Shown one piece after another: positions 20,527-29,474 of a stretch of DNA of 32,000 bases. Position numbers and translations under genes: made by a program. This DNA is from Delftia acidovorans NBRC 14950. Lineage in GTDB: Bacteria; Pseudomonadota; Gammaproteobacteria; Burkholderiales; Burkholderiaceae_C. The notes under the pieces were generated by a model. That model was not told where the DNA came from, ran no database searches, and saw only the letters and a program-made list of their open reading frames with translations. Location of the stretch: contig NZ_BCZP01000025.1 of assembly GCF_001598795.1 (NCBI RefSeq), positions 1-32,000 on the forward strand. Reading direction: 5' to 3'. Numbering within the stretch: the first letter of the stretch is position 1; every line of letters begins with the position of its first letter.

Positions 20527-21573
20527 TCACTGCGGCGCTGCGGCGGGTGCTGTCGCCGGCGCTGAAGATGGCGCCATCGCGGGCCCGGCCTGCGCCTGCA
20601 GCAGGTTTCTGGCGGCCGTGCTGGCCGCGATCCGCCCTGCTGCCACGTCGGCCTGCAGTTGGGGCAGCAGCGCCCGCACCTGCGGATGCTGCCGGAAGGC
20701 CTGCTTGAGGCCGGAGTCGATGCGCTCCCACATCCAGGACAGGGCCTGGCGTTCGCGGCGCAGCGCCAGGCGCCCGTTGGCCTGCTGCAGACGGCGAAAT
20801 TCCTCCACCGCGCTCCAGAAGCCGTCAACGCCCTCTTGCTTGAGCGCGCTGATGGTGATGACCCTGGGCTGCCACAGGCGCTCGTCGTGGTGGGCGTGCT
20901 CGGGGTTGCCGTGCATGCCCAGCAGGCGCAGGCTGGAGGTGATCTGGGCCTGCGCGCGCGTGGCGGCATGGGGATCGATGTCGGCCTTGTTGATGACGAC
21001 CAGGTCGGCCAGCTCCATCACGCCCTTTTTGATGGCCTGCAAGTCATCGCCCGCATTGGGCAGTTGCAGCAGGCAGAACATGTCGCACATGCCCTGCACG
21101 GCGATCTCGCTCTGGCCCACGCCCACGGTCTCGACGATGACCACATCGTAGCCAGCCGCCTCGCAGACCAGCATGGCCTCGCGGGTTTTCTCGGCCACGC
21201 CGCCCAGGGTGCCGCTGCTGGGGCTGGGGCGGATGTAGGCGTCCAGGTGGACGGACAACTGCTCCATGCGCGTCTTGTCGCCGAGGATGGAGCCGCCCGA
21301 CACGGTGGATGAGGGGTCGATGGCCAGCACCGCTACCCGGAGGCCGCGTGCGATGAGGAACAGGCCCAGCGTTTCGATGAAGGTGCTCTTGCCCACGCCC
21401 GGCACGCCGCTGATGCCCAGGCGGAAAGACCCGCCCGTATGCGGCAGCAGGGCCGTGAGCAGCACATCGGCCGCCGCACGGTGGTCGGCGCGCGTGGATT
21501 CCAGCAGGGTGATGGCCTTGGCCATGGCCCGGCGCTGAACGGCGGGGTTGCCGTTCAGGATGCCGTCTTGCAT
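20527..21573 (-). CDS. meaB: methylmalonyl-CoA mutase-associated GTPase (MeaB/ArgK family)
   Basis: P-loop GISGVPGVGKST, SGGSILGDKTRM and VINKAD motifs. Two starts are possible: ATG at 21573 (no overlap) or ATG at 21636 (38-nt overlap with the mutase). Ala/Pro-rich C-terminal tail. Confidence 0.85.
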   Translation of the reverse strand: MQDGILNGNPAVQRRAMAKAITLLESTRADHRAAADVLLTALLPHTGGSFRLGISGVPGVGKSTFIETLGLFLIARGLRVAVLAIDPSSTVSGGSILGDKTRMEQLSVHLDAYIRPSPSSGTLGGVAEKTREAMLVCEAAGYDVVIVETVGVGQSEIAVQGMCDMFCLLQLPNAGDDLQAIKKGVMELADLVVINKADIDPHAATRAQAQITSSLRLLGMHGNPEHAHHDERLWQPRVITISALKQEGVDGFWSAVEEFRRLQQANGRLALRRERQALSWMWERIDSGLKQAFRQHPQVRALLPQLQADVAAGRIAASTAARNLLQAQAGPAMAPSSAPATAPAAAPQ

Positions 21574-21598
21574 TTGCTCGGGAGTCACTGCGGCGGGC

Positions 21599-23815
21599 TC
21601 AGAGGCTGTTGGCCTGGCGGATCTGTTCGAGCACATCCTTGGCGCTGGCCGGTATGGGGGTGCCCGGGCCGTAGACGCCCTTGACGCCGGCGTTGTAGAG
21701 GAAGTCGTAGTCCTGCGCGGGAATCACGCCGCCCACGAAGACGATGATGTCGTCCGCGCCCTGGCGGCGCAGTTCCTCGATGATGGCCGGCACCAGGGTC
21801 TTGTGGCCGGCCGCCAGCGTGGACACGCCCACGGCGTGCACGTCGTTCTCGATGGCCTGGCGCGCGCATTCCTCGGGTGTCTGGAACAGCGGTCCCATGT
21901 CCACGTCGAAGCCCAGGTCGGCAAAGGCCGTGGCCACCACCTTGGCGCCGCGGTCATGGCCGTCCTGGCCGAGCTTGGCGATCATCACGCGCGGGCGTCG
22001 GCCCAGCTGCTCGGACGATGCGTCGATCTCGCCCTTGAGCTTTTCCCAGCCCTCGGCCGAGTCGTAGGCTGCTGCATACACGCCGGTCACCTTCTGCGTA
22101 TCGGCGCGGTGGCGCCCGAAAACCTTCTCCAGCGAATCCGAGACCTCGCCCACCGTGGCGCGCAGGCGCACGGCCTGGATGGCCAGGTCCAGCAGGTTGC
22201 CCTCGCCGCTCTCGGCGGCCTGGGTCAGCGCCTGAAGGGCGGCCTCGACCTTGGCTGCATCGCGGCTGGCCTTGATCTGGTTCAGGCGTGCGATCTGGCT
22301 GTCGCGCACCTTGACGTTGTCCACCTCGAGGATGTCGATGGCATCTTCCTTGGCCAGCTTGTACTTGTTGACGCCAACGATGACATCCTTGCCCGAGTCG
22401 ATGCGCGCCTGCTTCTCGGCGGCGGCGGCCTCGATCTTGAGCTTGGCCCAGCCCGAATCCACGGCGGCGGTCATGCCGCCCATGGCCTCGACCTCCTCGA
22501 TGATCTTCCAGGCGGCGTCGGCCATGTCCTGGGTCAGCTTCTCCATCATGTAGCTGCCGGCCCAGGGGTCGATCACATTGGTGATGTGGGTCTCTTCCTG
22601 GATGATCAGCTGCGTGTTGCGCGCAATGCGGGCCGAGAACTCGGTGGGCAGCGCGATGGCTTCGTCAAAGCTGTTGGTGTGCAGGCTCTGCGTGCCGCCG
22701 AACACGGCGGCCATGGCCTCGATGGTGGTGCGCACCACGTTGTTGTAGGGGTCCTGCTCGGTCAGCGACCAGCCGGAGGTCTGGCAGTGCGTGCGCAGCA
22801 TCAGGCTCTTGGCCTTCTTGGCGCCGAAGCCCTTCATGATGCGGCACCACAGCAGGCGGGCCGCGCGCATCTTGGCGATTTCCAGGTAGAAATTCATGCC
22901 GATGGCCCAGAAGAAGGACAGCCGGCCCGCGAAATCGTCCACATCCATGCCCTTGGCCGTGGCGGTCTTGACGTACTCCTTGCCGTCGGCCAGCGTGAAG
23001 GCCAGTTCCAGCGCCTGGTTGGCGCCCGCCTCCTGCATGTGGTAGCCCGAGATCGAGATCGAGTTGAACTTGGGCATGTTCTTGCTCGTGTACTCGATGA
23101 TGTCGCCGATGATGCGCATCGACGGCTGGGGCGGGTAGATATAGGTGTTGCGGACCATGAACTCCTTGAGGATGTCGTTCTGTATGGTCCCCGACAGCTG
23201 GTCCTGGGCCACGCCCTGCTCCTCGGCCGCCACCACGTAGCCGGCCAGCACGGGCAGCACGGCGCCGTTCATGGTCATGGACACGCTGATCTTGTCCAGC
23301 GGGATCTGGTCGAACAGCACCTTCATGTCCTCGACCGAATCGATGGCCACGCCGGCCTTGCCCACGTCGCCCGTCACACGCGGATGGTCGCTGTCGTAGC
23401 CGCGGTGCGTGGCCAAGTCGAAGGCCACCGACACGCCCTGCCCGCCGGCGGCCAGCGCCTTGCGGTAGAAGGCGTTGGACTCCTCGGCCGTGGAAAAGCC
23501 CGCGTACTGGCGAATGGTCCAGGGCCGGCCCGCGTACATGGTGGCCTGCGGGCCGCGGATGTAGGGCTCGAAGCCTGGCAGGCTATCCGTATGGGGCAGG
23601 TTGGCCGTGTCTGCCGCCGTGTACAGCGGCTTGACGTCGATACCGTCGGGCGTGGTCCAGTGCAGTGCCTGGATGTCGCCCCCGGGAGCGGCCTTGGCGG
23701 CCGCCTGGGCCCATTTCTGCAGGTCGGCAGTTGCGAATTCCTGGCCGTTCTGCGCTGTCGGATGGTCTTGTCTCATGTTCTCAGGCTCGTGAATGACAGG
23801 TGCCCTTGAGGGCAT
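21599..23815 (-). CDS. scpA: methylmalonyl-CoA mutase, single-chain form (substrate barrel + B12-binding domain)
   Basis: Typical MCM sequence ([39 protein letters not shown]) and a C-terminal cobalamin domain ([16 protein letters not shown]). The start may instead be the ATG at 23776 (MRQDHPTAQ...). Confidence 0.92.
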   Translation of the reverse strand: MPSRAPVIHEPENMRQDHPTAQNGQEFATADLQKWAQAAAKAAPGGDIQALHWTTPDGIDVKPLYTAADTANLPHTDSLPGFEPYIRGPQATMYAGRPWTIRQYAGFSTAEESNAFYRKALAAGGQGVSVAFDLATHRGYDSDHPRVTGDVGKAGVAIDSVEDMKVLFDQIPLDKISVSMTMNGAVLPVLAGYVVAAEEQGVAQDQLSGTIQNDILKEFMVRNTYIYPPQPSMRIIGDIIEYTSKNMPKFNSISISGYHMQEAGANQALELAFTLADGKEYVKTATAKGMDVDDFAGRLSFFWAIGMNFYLEIAKMRAARLLWCRIMKGFGAKKAKSLMLRTHCQTSGWSLTEQDPYNNVVRTTIEAMAAVFGGTQSLHTNSFDEAIALPTEFSARIARNTQLIIQEETHITNVIDPWAGSYMMEKLTQDMADAAWKIIEEVEAMGGMTAAVDSGWAKLKIEAAAAEKQARIDSGKDVIVGVNKYKLAKEDAIDILEVDNVKVRDSQIARLNQIKASRDAAKVEAALQALTQAAESGEGNLLDLAIQAVRLRATVGEVSDSLEKVFGRHRADTQKVTGVYAAAYDSAEGWEKLKGEIDASSEQLGRRPRVMIAKLGQDGHDRGAKVVATAFADLGFDVDMGPLFQTPEECARQAIENDVHAVGVSTLAAGHKTLVPAIIEELRRQGADDIIVFVGGVIPAQDYDFLYNAGVKGVYGPGTPIPASAKDVLEQIRQANSL

Positions 23816-23890
23816 GCCCCAGAGCTGCCGCAGTTTACATCATTCATAATTATTCATTCAAAATATCTTTGCCGATACAATCCGGGCCAC

Positions 23891-24526
23891 ATGTCGACAA
23901 ACACCCTCACTCCCCGCGCTCTCTACGAACAGGTTGCAGAGAAGCTGCGCCTGCGCATCTTCGAGCACGAGCTGGCGCCCGGTGACTGGATCGACGAACT
24001 GAAGATTGCCGAGGAATACGGCATCAGCCGCACCCCGCTGCGCGAGGCCCTGAAGGTGCTGGCCGCCGAGGGCCTGGTCACCATGAAGGTGCGCCGTGGC
24101 GCCTATGTGACCGAGGTGTCGTCCAAGGACATTGCCGATGTCTATCACCTGCTGAGCCTGCTGGAATCCGATGCCGTTCAGGTGGTGGCCGAATCGGGCA
24201 GCGACGAAGAGCTTGCCGCCCTGCAGCAGACCCACGAGGAACTCAAGGCGCAGACGCGCGATGCAGACCGCTTCTTCGAACTCAACGAAAGCTTTCACAT
24301 GCAGCTGCTGCAGATTGCCGACAACCGCTGGCGCAACCAGCTGGTTGCCGATCTGCGCAAGGTGATGAAGCTCAACCGCCACAAGTCGCTGTTCAAGCAG
24401 GGCCGCATCGAGGATTCGCTGGCCGAGCACGAGACCGTCATGCAGGCCCTGCTGCGCCGCGATGGCGCTGCAGCGGCCCAGGCCATGCGTCAGCATTTCC
24501 AGAACGGCCTGGCTGCGGCGTCCTGA
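23891..24526 (+). CDS. GntR-family transcriptional regulator, FadR/FCD subfamily
   Basis: N-terminal winged helix-turn-helix (LAPGDWIDELKIAEEYGISRTPLREALKVLAAEGLV) plus an all-helical FCD-type C-terminal domain. Divergent from the mutase operon. Confidence 0.9.
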   Translation: MSTNTLTPRALYEQVAEKLRLRIFEHELAPGDWIDELKIAEEYGISRTPLREALKVLAAEGLVTMKVRRGAYVTEVSSKDIADVYHLLSLLESDAVQVVAESGSDEELAALQQTHEELKAQTRDADRFFELNESFHMQLLQIADNRWRNQLVADLRKVMKLNRHKSLFKQGRIEDSLAEHETVMQALLRRDGAAAAQAMRQHFQNGLAAAS

Positions 24527-24802
24527 AGCCTGCCGTTCGGCGCTCTTGCACAGCCGGCACCATCTGGCGCGGCCATGACGCGCAGGCGGCCGCTCCGTCT
24601 GGAATCGGGCCCGATGTGCAACGGTGGCGACGTAGGCAGACATGCGGCTCCTGGTTGGTTTCAGAGTGGACACACGAAAACGCTGCAGTGCAGCATAAAC
24701 GCGTGCGCCGCACCCTCTCATGTCCGATGCTGACGCCAGGGCCTGCGGAAAGCCCCGGCTATCATCAGCGGCTACATACACTTCGGCCTGCACCCTCCTC
24801 GC

Positions 24803-26746
24803 ATGAGCATCCAAGACCCAGCCCGCGCCCCTTCCCTGGCCATGAGCCTGCCAGCCGATGCCAGCATGGCCACGGCCTCCACCCTGGTGGAAATGCTGGC
24901 CCTGCGCGTGCGGCAAACGCCCGCAGGCGAGGCCTACCGGGCCTATGACGAGGATGCGCGCAGCTGGAAGACGCTGAACTGGGCACAGGCCGGCGAGCGC
25001 GTGGCCCTCTGGGCGCAGGCGCTGGCCGCGCAGGAGTTGCCGGCAGGATCGCGCATCGCCATCCTGCTGCCCAACGGTCTGGACGCCATGTCCATCGACC
25101 TGGCCAGCCTGCGCTGCGGCCATGTGCCCGTGCCGCTGCACGCCATAGACAACGCGGGCAGCATTGCCTACATCCTGGCCAACGCCCAGGTGTCCATGCT
25201 GTTCGTGGCACAGCAATCCACCTGGGACAAGATCTGCGCCACGGGCCAGGCCCTGCCTGCGCTGCGCAAGGTGGTCGTGGCATCGGCCAAGCCGGCTTCC
25301 CGGGCCGCAGAGCCTGAAACCGAAGGCGATGCCGCCGCACTGGAGGCCCTGCGCCAGATCCCCGTGCAGCCGCTGGCCCAATGGCTCGCTGAAGGCGGCG
25401 CAGTCCCCCTGCCCCCGCCTCCCTCTGCCGAGGACCTGGCCGCCGTGGTCTACACCTCGGGCACCACGGGCAAGCCCAAGGGCGTGATGCTCACGCACCG
25501 CAACGTGGTCTCCAACGTGCAGGCGGTGATGCAGCGGCTGCAGCCGCGCAGCGATGATGTTTTCCTCTCCTTCCTGCCGCTGTCGCACACCTTCGAGCGC
25601 ACGGCTGGCTACTACCTGGCGCTGGCCGTGGGCGCCTGCGTGGCCTATGCGCGTTCTGTGGCCCAGCTGGCCGAGGATCTCAAGACCCAGCGCCCCACGG
25701 TGCTGGTGTCCGTGCCACGCATTTACGAGCGCGTGCACGCCAAGGTCATGGAGACGCTGGCCCGTGCACCGCTCAAGGCCCAGCTGTTCGAGCTGGCCCA
25801 GGCCAGGGGCTGGCAGCGCTTTTGTGAAACACAAGGCATTGCCGATGCGCAAGCGCCCCAGCCCGAAGTGCCGGTCTGGATGCAATGGCTGCCCTGGCCG
25901 GTGCTCAACCACCTGGTGGCCAAGCCGCTGCTGGCCCAGTTCGGTGGCCGCGTGCGCGTGGCCGTCAGTGGCGGCGCGCCGCTGTCGCCGACGATTGCGC
26001 GCTGTTTTCTCGGCCTGGGCCTGCCGCTGATCCAGGGCTACGGAATGACCGAGACCTCGCCCGTGGTCTGTGCCAACACGCTGGAGGACAACCACCCCGC
26101 CACCGTGGGCCACGCCTTGCCCGGCGTGGAGGTGCGGATTGGCGAGAACCGGGAGCTGCAGGTGCGTGGCCCCTGCGTGATGCGCGGCTATTGGGAGCGC
26201 CCCGAAGACACCGCCAAGACCTTCACCGACGACGGCTGGCTGCGCACGGGCGACCAGGCGGTGATCGAGGACGGGCGCGTGCGCATACAGGGACGCATCA
26301 AGGAAATCATCGTAACCTCCACCGGCGAAAAGATTCCGCCGGCTGACCTGGAGCTGGCCATTACCGGCGACCCGTTCTTCACCCAGGTCTTTGTCGTGGG
26401 CGAAGACCGCCCTTTCATCGCCGCCGTGGCCGTGATCGAACGCGGCGAATGGCAGGCCATGGCCCAGCGCCTGGGCCTGGATCCCGAAGACCCCAAGAGC
26501 CTGAATCACTCCGCCGCCGAACGCGAGGCACTGGCACGCATCGAAAAGCAGGTGGCCAGCTTTGCCCGCTATGCCGTGCCACGCGCCGTGCATCTGGAGC
26601 TGGAGCCCTGGACCATAGAAAACGGGCTGATGACGCCTACTCTCAAGCTCAAGCGCAACAACCTCATGACGCGGTTCGAGTCGCAGATCGCCGCCATGTA
26701 CAGCAAGCCTGCCGAGCGCTGGCAAGGCCGCAACAGCGCGGGTTGA
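24803..26746 (+). CDS. AMP-dependent (long-chain-type) acyl-CoA synthetase
   Basis: AMP-binding signature YTSGTTGKPKGVMLTHRN, GYGMTETS, and a C-terminal TPTLKLKR motif. 647 aa. Alternative in-frame ATGs lie at 24842 and 24866. Confidence 0.9.
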   Translation: MSIQDPARAPSLAMSLPADASMATASTLVEMLALRVRQTPAGEAYRAYDEDARSWKTLNWAQAGERVALWAQALAAQELPAGSRIAILLPNGLDAMSIDLASLRCGHVPVPLHAIDNAGSIAYILANAQVSMLFVAQQSTWDKICATGQALPALRKVVVASAKPASRAAEPETEGDAAALEALRQIPVQPLAQWLAEGGAVPLPPPPSAEDLAAVVYTSGTTGKPKGVMLTHRNVVSNVQAVMQRLQPRSDDVFLSFLPLSHTFERTAGYYLALAVGACVAYARSVAQLAEDLKTQRPTVLVSVPRIYERVHAKVMETLARAPLKAQLFELAQARGWQRFCETQGIADAQAPQPEVPVWMQWLPWPVLNHLVAKPLLAQFGGRVRVAVSGGAPLSPTIARCFLGLGLPLIQGYGMTETSPVVCANTLEDNHPATVGHALPGVEVRIGENRELQVRGPCVMRGYWERPEDTAKTFTDDGWLRTGDQAVIEDGRVRIQGRIKEIIVTSTGEKIPPADLELAITGDPFFTQVFVVGEDRPFIAAVAVIERGEWQAMAQRLGLDPEDPKSLNHSAAEREALARIEKQVASFARYAVPRAVHLELEPWTIENGLMTPTLKLKRNNLMTRFESQIAAMYSKPAERWQGRNSAG

Positions 26747-26765
26747 CCCCCTGTTCCTGATAAGC

Positions 26766-26795
26766 AGCCGCCGCTCAAAACGGCGGCTTTTTTTA
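26766..26795 (+). terminator. rho-independent terminator of the acyl-CoA synthetase gene
   Basis: AGCCGCCG-CTCAAAA-CGGCGGCT followed by TTTTTTTATT. Confidence 0.85.
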
Positions 26796-26812
26796 TTCTT
26801 GATATGGATTCA

Positions 26813-26830
26813 ATTCATGTAAGTTACATT
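26813..26830. repeat. copy A of exact 18-nt repeat ATTCATGTAAGTTACATT (contains 13-bp palindrome ATGTAAGTTACAT)
   Basis: Identical 18-mer at 28705-28722 in the same orientation. Both copies sit in AT-rich spacers, just beyond the U-tail of a minus-strand terminator. Confidence 0.8.
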
Positions 26831-26835
26831 GAATT

Positions 26836-26875
26836 GATCAAAAGAAAGGAAGAGCGCACTGCGCACGCTCTTCCT
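26836..26875 (-). terminator. rho-independent terminator of the MCP gene
   Basis: AGGAAGAGCG / CGCTCTTCCT form a 10-bp stem with a 9-nt loop. On the minus-strand RNA it is followed by UUUCUUUUGAUC. It lies 10 nt after the MCP stop. Confidence 0.7.
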
Positions 26876-26884
26876 GGGTCTGCG

Positions 26885-28486
26885 TCAAGCAGCTGCCAGT
26901 GTCAGGCCAGGGCTCGCCATGCCGATCTCCTTCACCGAGCTGATCTGGAACGTGGCCACCGCCTGTGCCAGCACCCGCGCCTGCCGTTCCAGGCTGGCTG
27001 CAGCGGCTGCCGACTCTTCCACCAAGGCGGCATTCTGTTGCGTGACCTGGTCCATCTGGGAGACGGCCTGGGTGATCTGCCCCAGGCCACCGCTCTGCTC
27101 CACGCTGGAGGCGGAGATGGCCTCGATCAGCGACGCCACCTCGCTCACCTGGGCTTCAATGGCATCCATGGCCTTGCCTGCTTCCCGGACCTGGTTTCCG
27201 CCTGTTCGCACCTTGTCGGTGGATGCCGTGATCAGTGCCTTGATCTCCCGCGCCGCTGCGGCGCTGCGCTGGGCCAGGGAGCGCACTTCCCCGGCCACCA
27301 CGGCAAAGCCCCTGCCCTGCTCGCCAGCCCGCGCGGCCTCCACCGCTGCATTGAGCGCCAGGATATTGGTCTGGAAGGCAATGGAGTCGATCACGCCCGT
27401 GATCTCGGCAATCTTTCCACTGCTGGCCGAGATTTCGTCCATGGTGCCGATGACCCTGGCGACCGCGCCGCCGCCCACGCCGGCCACCTCCTTGGCACGC
27501 ACGGCCAGGGCGCTGGCCTGCCGCGCGTTCTCGGAACTCTGGCCCACGTTGCCGGCCAGCTGCTCCATGGACGCCGCCGTTTCCTGCAGGCTGGAGGCCT
27601 GGTGCTCGGTGCGGCTGCTCAAATCCTGGTTGCCGGCAGCGATCTGGCTGGAGGCCGTGGTCACCGACTCCACGCCGCGCCGCACATCGCCCACGATGTT
27701 TGCCAGCGACTCGCGCATGGCGCTCATGGAGCGCAGCAGGTCGCCGACCTCGTCACGCCCAGTGGCCTGGATTTCCGAAGCCAGGTCGCCCTGCTCGATG
27801 TGCCGGGCCACTTCCACGGCCGACTTCAACGGCACCGTGATGGAGCGCGTGACCATGTAGCCCAGGGCCACGGCCAGGATGACGGCCGCCGCCACAAAAC
27901 CGTAGATCAGCATCTGCGACCGTGCAAAAACCTCCCTGGAGTCCCCATAGACATCCTCCGACGTCTTGAGCTGCAGCTCAACCAGCTCGCCGATCTTGGC
28001 GCTGATGGGGTCGATGCTGGCATACAGCGCGCCGTCGAACTCATCCAGGCTGCCGGCTTTCTTGCCGTCCAGCTGCTTGAGGCGCTGCAGCAGTTTGTCG
28101 ATGCTCTGGTTGGCCGGCGCGAACAGTGCCTGGGCCTGCTTGGCCAGCACGGCCTCCTGCGCTGTGAGCTGGGTGGACGAGTAGCTGCGCCAGGCGGCCT
28201 CGATCGCGGGCAGCGTGCCCGAGATGCTGGCCGATGCCTCCTGCGCCGTGATCAGGCCCGCATTGGCTTTATTGACCGTGTCTATGACGTTGACGGCATA
28301 GGCATCCGCAATCTGCTTGAGCTGCTTGAGTGGAACCACACGGTCCTGGTACAGGGTCTCCGTGCCCGAAAACACATGGCCCAGCGCCCTTGCGCCGACG
28401 CCCCCTACGGCCATCAGGCAGACCAGCAGGACAAGAAAGACGGCTGTAAGCCGGGTACCGATACGCACATCGCTGAGTTTTTTCAT
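26885..28486 (-). CDS. methyl-accepting chemotaxis protein (N-terminal transmembrane segment, periplasmic helical sensor, HAMP, signalling domain)
   Basis: [31 protein letters not shown]..., a second transmembrane segment [20 protein letters not shown], and the conserved tip [37 protein letters not shown]. 533 aa. Confidence 0.92.
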   Translation of the reverse strand: MKKLSDVRIGTRLTAVFLVLLVCLMAVGGVGARALGHVFSGTETLYQDRVVPLKQLKQIADAYAVNVIDTVNKANAGLITAQEASASISGTLPAIEAAWRSYSSTQLTAQEAVLAKQAQALFAPANQSIDKLLQRLKQLDGKKAGSLDEFDGALYASIDPISAKIGELVELQLKTSEDVYGDSREVFARSQMLIYGFVAAAVILAVALGYMVTRSITVPLKSAVEVARHIEQGDLASEIQATGRDEVGDLLRSMSAMRESLANIVGDVRRGVESVTTASSQIAAGNQDLSSRTEHQASSLQETAASMEQLAGNVGQSSENARQASALAVRAKEVAGVGGGAVARVIGTMDEISASSGKIAEITGVIDSIAFQTNILALNAAVEAARAGEQGRGFAVVAGEVRSLAQRSAAAAREIKALITASTDKVRTGGNQVREAGKAMDAIEAQVSEVASLIEAISASSVEQSGGLGQITQAVSQMDQVTQQNAALVEESAAAAASLERQARVLAQAVATFQISSVKEIGMASPGLTLAAA

Positions 28487-28560
28487 CGCAGAACCTCTGG
28501 CCCAGTGCTGCCGTCGGTATAGGCCATCGCTATCGCATCCAGGCAGTCACATTAGCTGCC

Positions 28561-28588
28561 TTATCGGTAGCGCTGGCCGATTTCTTGA
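28561..28588 (-). promoter_or_regulatory. sigma-28 (FliA)-type promoter candidate for the MCP gene
   Basis: The minus strand reads TCAAGAAATCGGCCAGCGCTACCGATAA. The -10 element CCGATAA matches 7 of 8 positions of GCCGATAA. TCAAG is a TAAAG-like -35 at about the expected spacing. It lies ~75 nt upstream of the ATG. Confidence 0.45.
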
Positions 28589-28704
28589 GAGACAAAACTC
28601 AATAAGTTCCGCGAGATGTGTAAAGACGCCCGCCACAGTGAGGATGCCCAGCCCCTGCCCTCAACCCCGTTGCCAGGCCAACCCATCCAAGGCACGGCCA
28701 ATCC

Positions 28705-28722
28705 ATTCATGTAAGTTACATT
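28705..28722. repeat. copy B of exact 18-nt repeat ATTCATGTAAGTTACATT
   Basis: See copy A. It lies between the terminator of the FlxA-like gene and the sigma-28-like promoter of the MCP gene. Confidence 0.8.
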
Positions 28723-28729
28723 AATATCA

Positions 28730-28760
28730 TCAAAAAATGGCCCGTGAAAGCACGAGCCAT
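28730..28760 (-). terminator. rho-independent terminator of the FlxA-like gene
   Basis: The minus-strand RNA reads AUGGCUCGUG-CUUU-CACGGGCCAU, a 10-bp stem with one G-U pair, followed by UUUUUUGAU. It lies 7 nt after the stop. Confidence 0.75.
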
Positions 28761-28766
28761 TTCCAC

Positions 28767-29111
28767 TCAGACGTAGACGTCGACCACGCCACCCAGTCCG
28801 GGCGCCTTGTTGCTCTTCGGCTGGGACGGCGACTTGGCTTCGGCCGCCTGCTGCTGCTCGCGCTGCTTGTCGATCTGGGCCTGCTGCCTGGCGCGCATGA
28901 GCGCCTCGATCTGGCTTTGCACCATCATGATCTGCGACTGCAGCAGCTTGGCCTTCGTCTGCTTGGCCTTGGCGTCGATGTTCTCGGAAGACACTTCCTT
29001 GAGCGCCTGCTGCAGCTCCTTGAGCTTGCGCTGCAACGCAACGATGTCATTGCCGCCGGAGGATGAAGCGGCTCCCGAGGCGGAAGCCGATGTGGAGGAT
29101 GAGACTTGCAT
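28767..29111 (-). CDS. FlxA-like family small coiled-coil protein
   Basis: From MQVSSSTSASASGAASSSGGNDIVALQRKLKELQQALKEVSS..KAKQTKAKLLQSQIMMVQSQIEAL: a Ser-rich N-terminus followed by a Q/K-rich coiled coil, as in FlxA-like proteins. Residues upstream of this Met in the listed ORF look non-coding. Confidence 0.65.
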   Translation of the reverse strand: MQVSSSTSASASGAASSSGGNDIVALQRKLKELQQALKEVSSENIDAKAKQTKAKLLQSQIMMVQSQIEALMRARQQAQIDKQREQQQAAEAKSPSQPKSNKAPGLGGVVDVYV

Positions 29112-29174
29112 GCCCCGTACATCGACCACCGGCGCACGAACTGAAGGCCAAAAACACCGCTGACCCGCCCGCAA

Positions 29175-29471
29175 TCACCCCAGCACATGCCGCAGCGCTG
29201 CCGCCGATGCAATGCCGATCAGCACCGTCGGCAGAATGGGCAGCCGGCTCGCCGCCACCATCGTCACCACCAGGGCCAGCAGATCGGCCGGCCGCTCGGA
29301 CACAAACGCCGGGGCGATCACCGAGATCAGCACGCAGCCCGGCAGGCTTTCCATCACGTACTGCATGCGCGGGCTCAGCGTGCGCCCGCGCAGCAGCAGG
29401 TAGCCGATCACCCGCGTGAAATACGTGCTGCAGGCCATGAGCACCAGCGTCAGCAAGGTTGTGGCTTCCAT
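29175..29471 (-). CDS. azlD: AzlD-family branched-chain amino acid transport protein
   Basis: 98-aa hydrophobic protein (LVLMACSTYFTRVIGYLLL...) immediately downstream of azlC. Confidence 0.8.
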   Translation of the reverse strand: MEATTLLTLVLMACSTYFTRVIGYLLLRGRTLSPRMQYVMESLPGCVLISVIAPAFVSERPADLLALVVTMVAASRLPILPTVLIGIASAAALRHVLG

Positions 29472-29474
29472 CGC

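Noticed and set aside
23777-23890. Cobalamin riboswitch upstream of the B12-dependent mutase
   Set aside because: The leader is at most ~110 nt, AT-rich, and lacks any B12-box-like GC-rich conserved core. That is too short for this riboswitch class.
23858-26725. 955-aa minus-strand ORF, plus 26804-28522 (+), 14390-15409 (-) and 30997-31995 (-)
   Set aside because: They are antisense to the GntR/FCD regulator and acyl-CoA synthetase, the MCP, the LacI-type regulator, and MarR plus the efflux lipoprotein. The sense-strand genes carry unambiguous motifs and these do not.
26813-26830. Possibility that the 18-nt repeat is a Xer dif-like site or an integron attC
   Set aside because: The right half matches the conserved XerD arm TTATGTTAAAT at only 7-8 of 11 positions. 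The dyad arms are separated by 1 nt rather than the 6-nt dif central region. The attC core sites RYYYAAC/GTTRRRY are not satisfied (GTTACAT). No integrase or xer gene is nearby.
29119-29145. Sigma-28-like promoter upstream of the FlxA-like gene (TTCAGTTC-N11-GTCGATGT on the minus strand)
   Set aside because: It matches only 5/8 plus 5/8 positions of the consensus. The -10 box ends 8 nt from the ATG, which would force a leaderless transcript. This is too weak to call.
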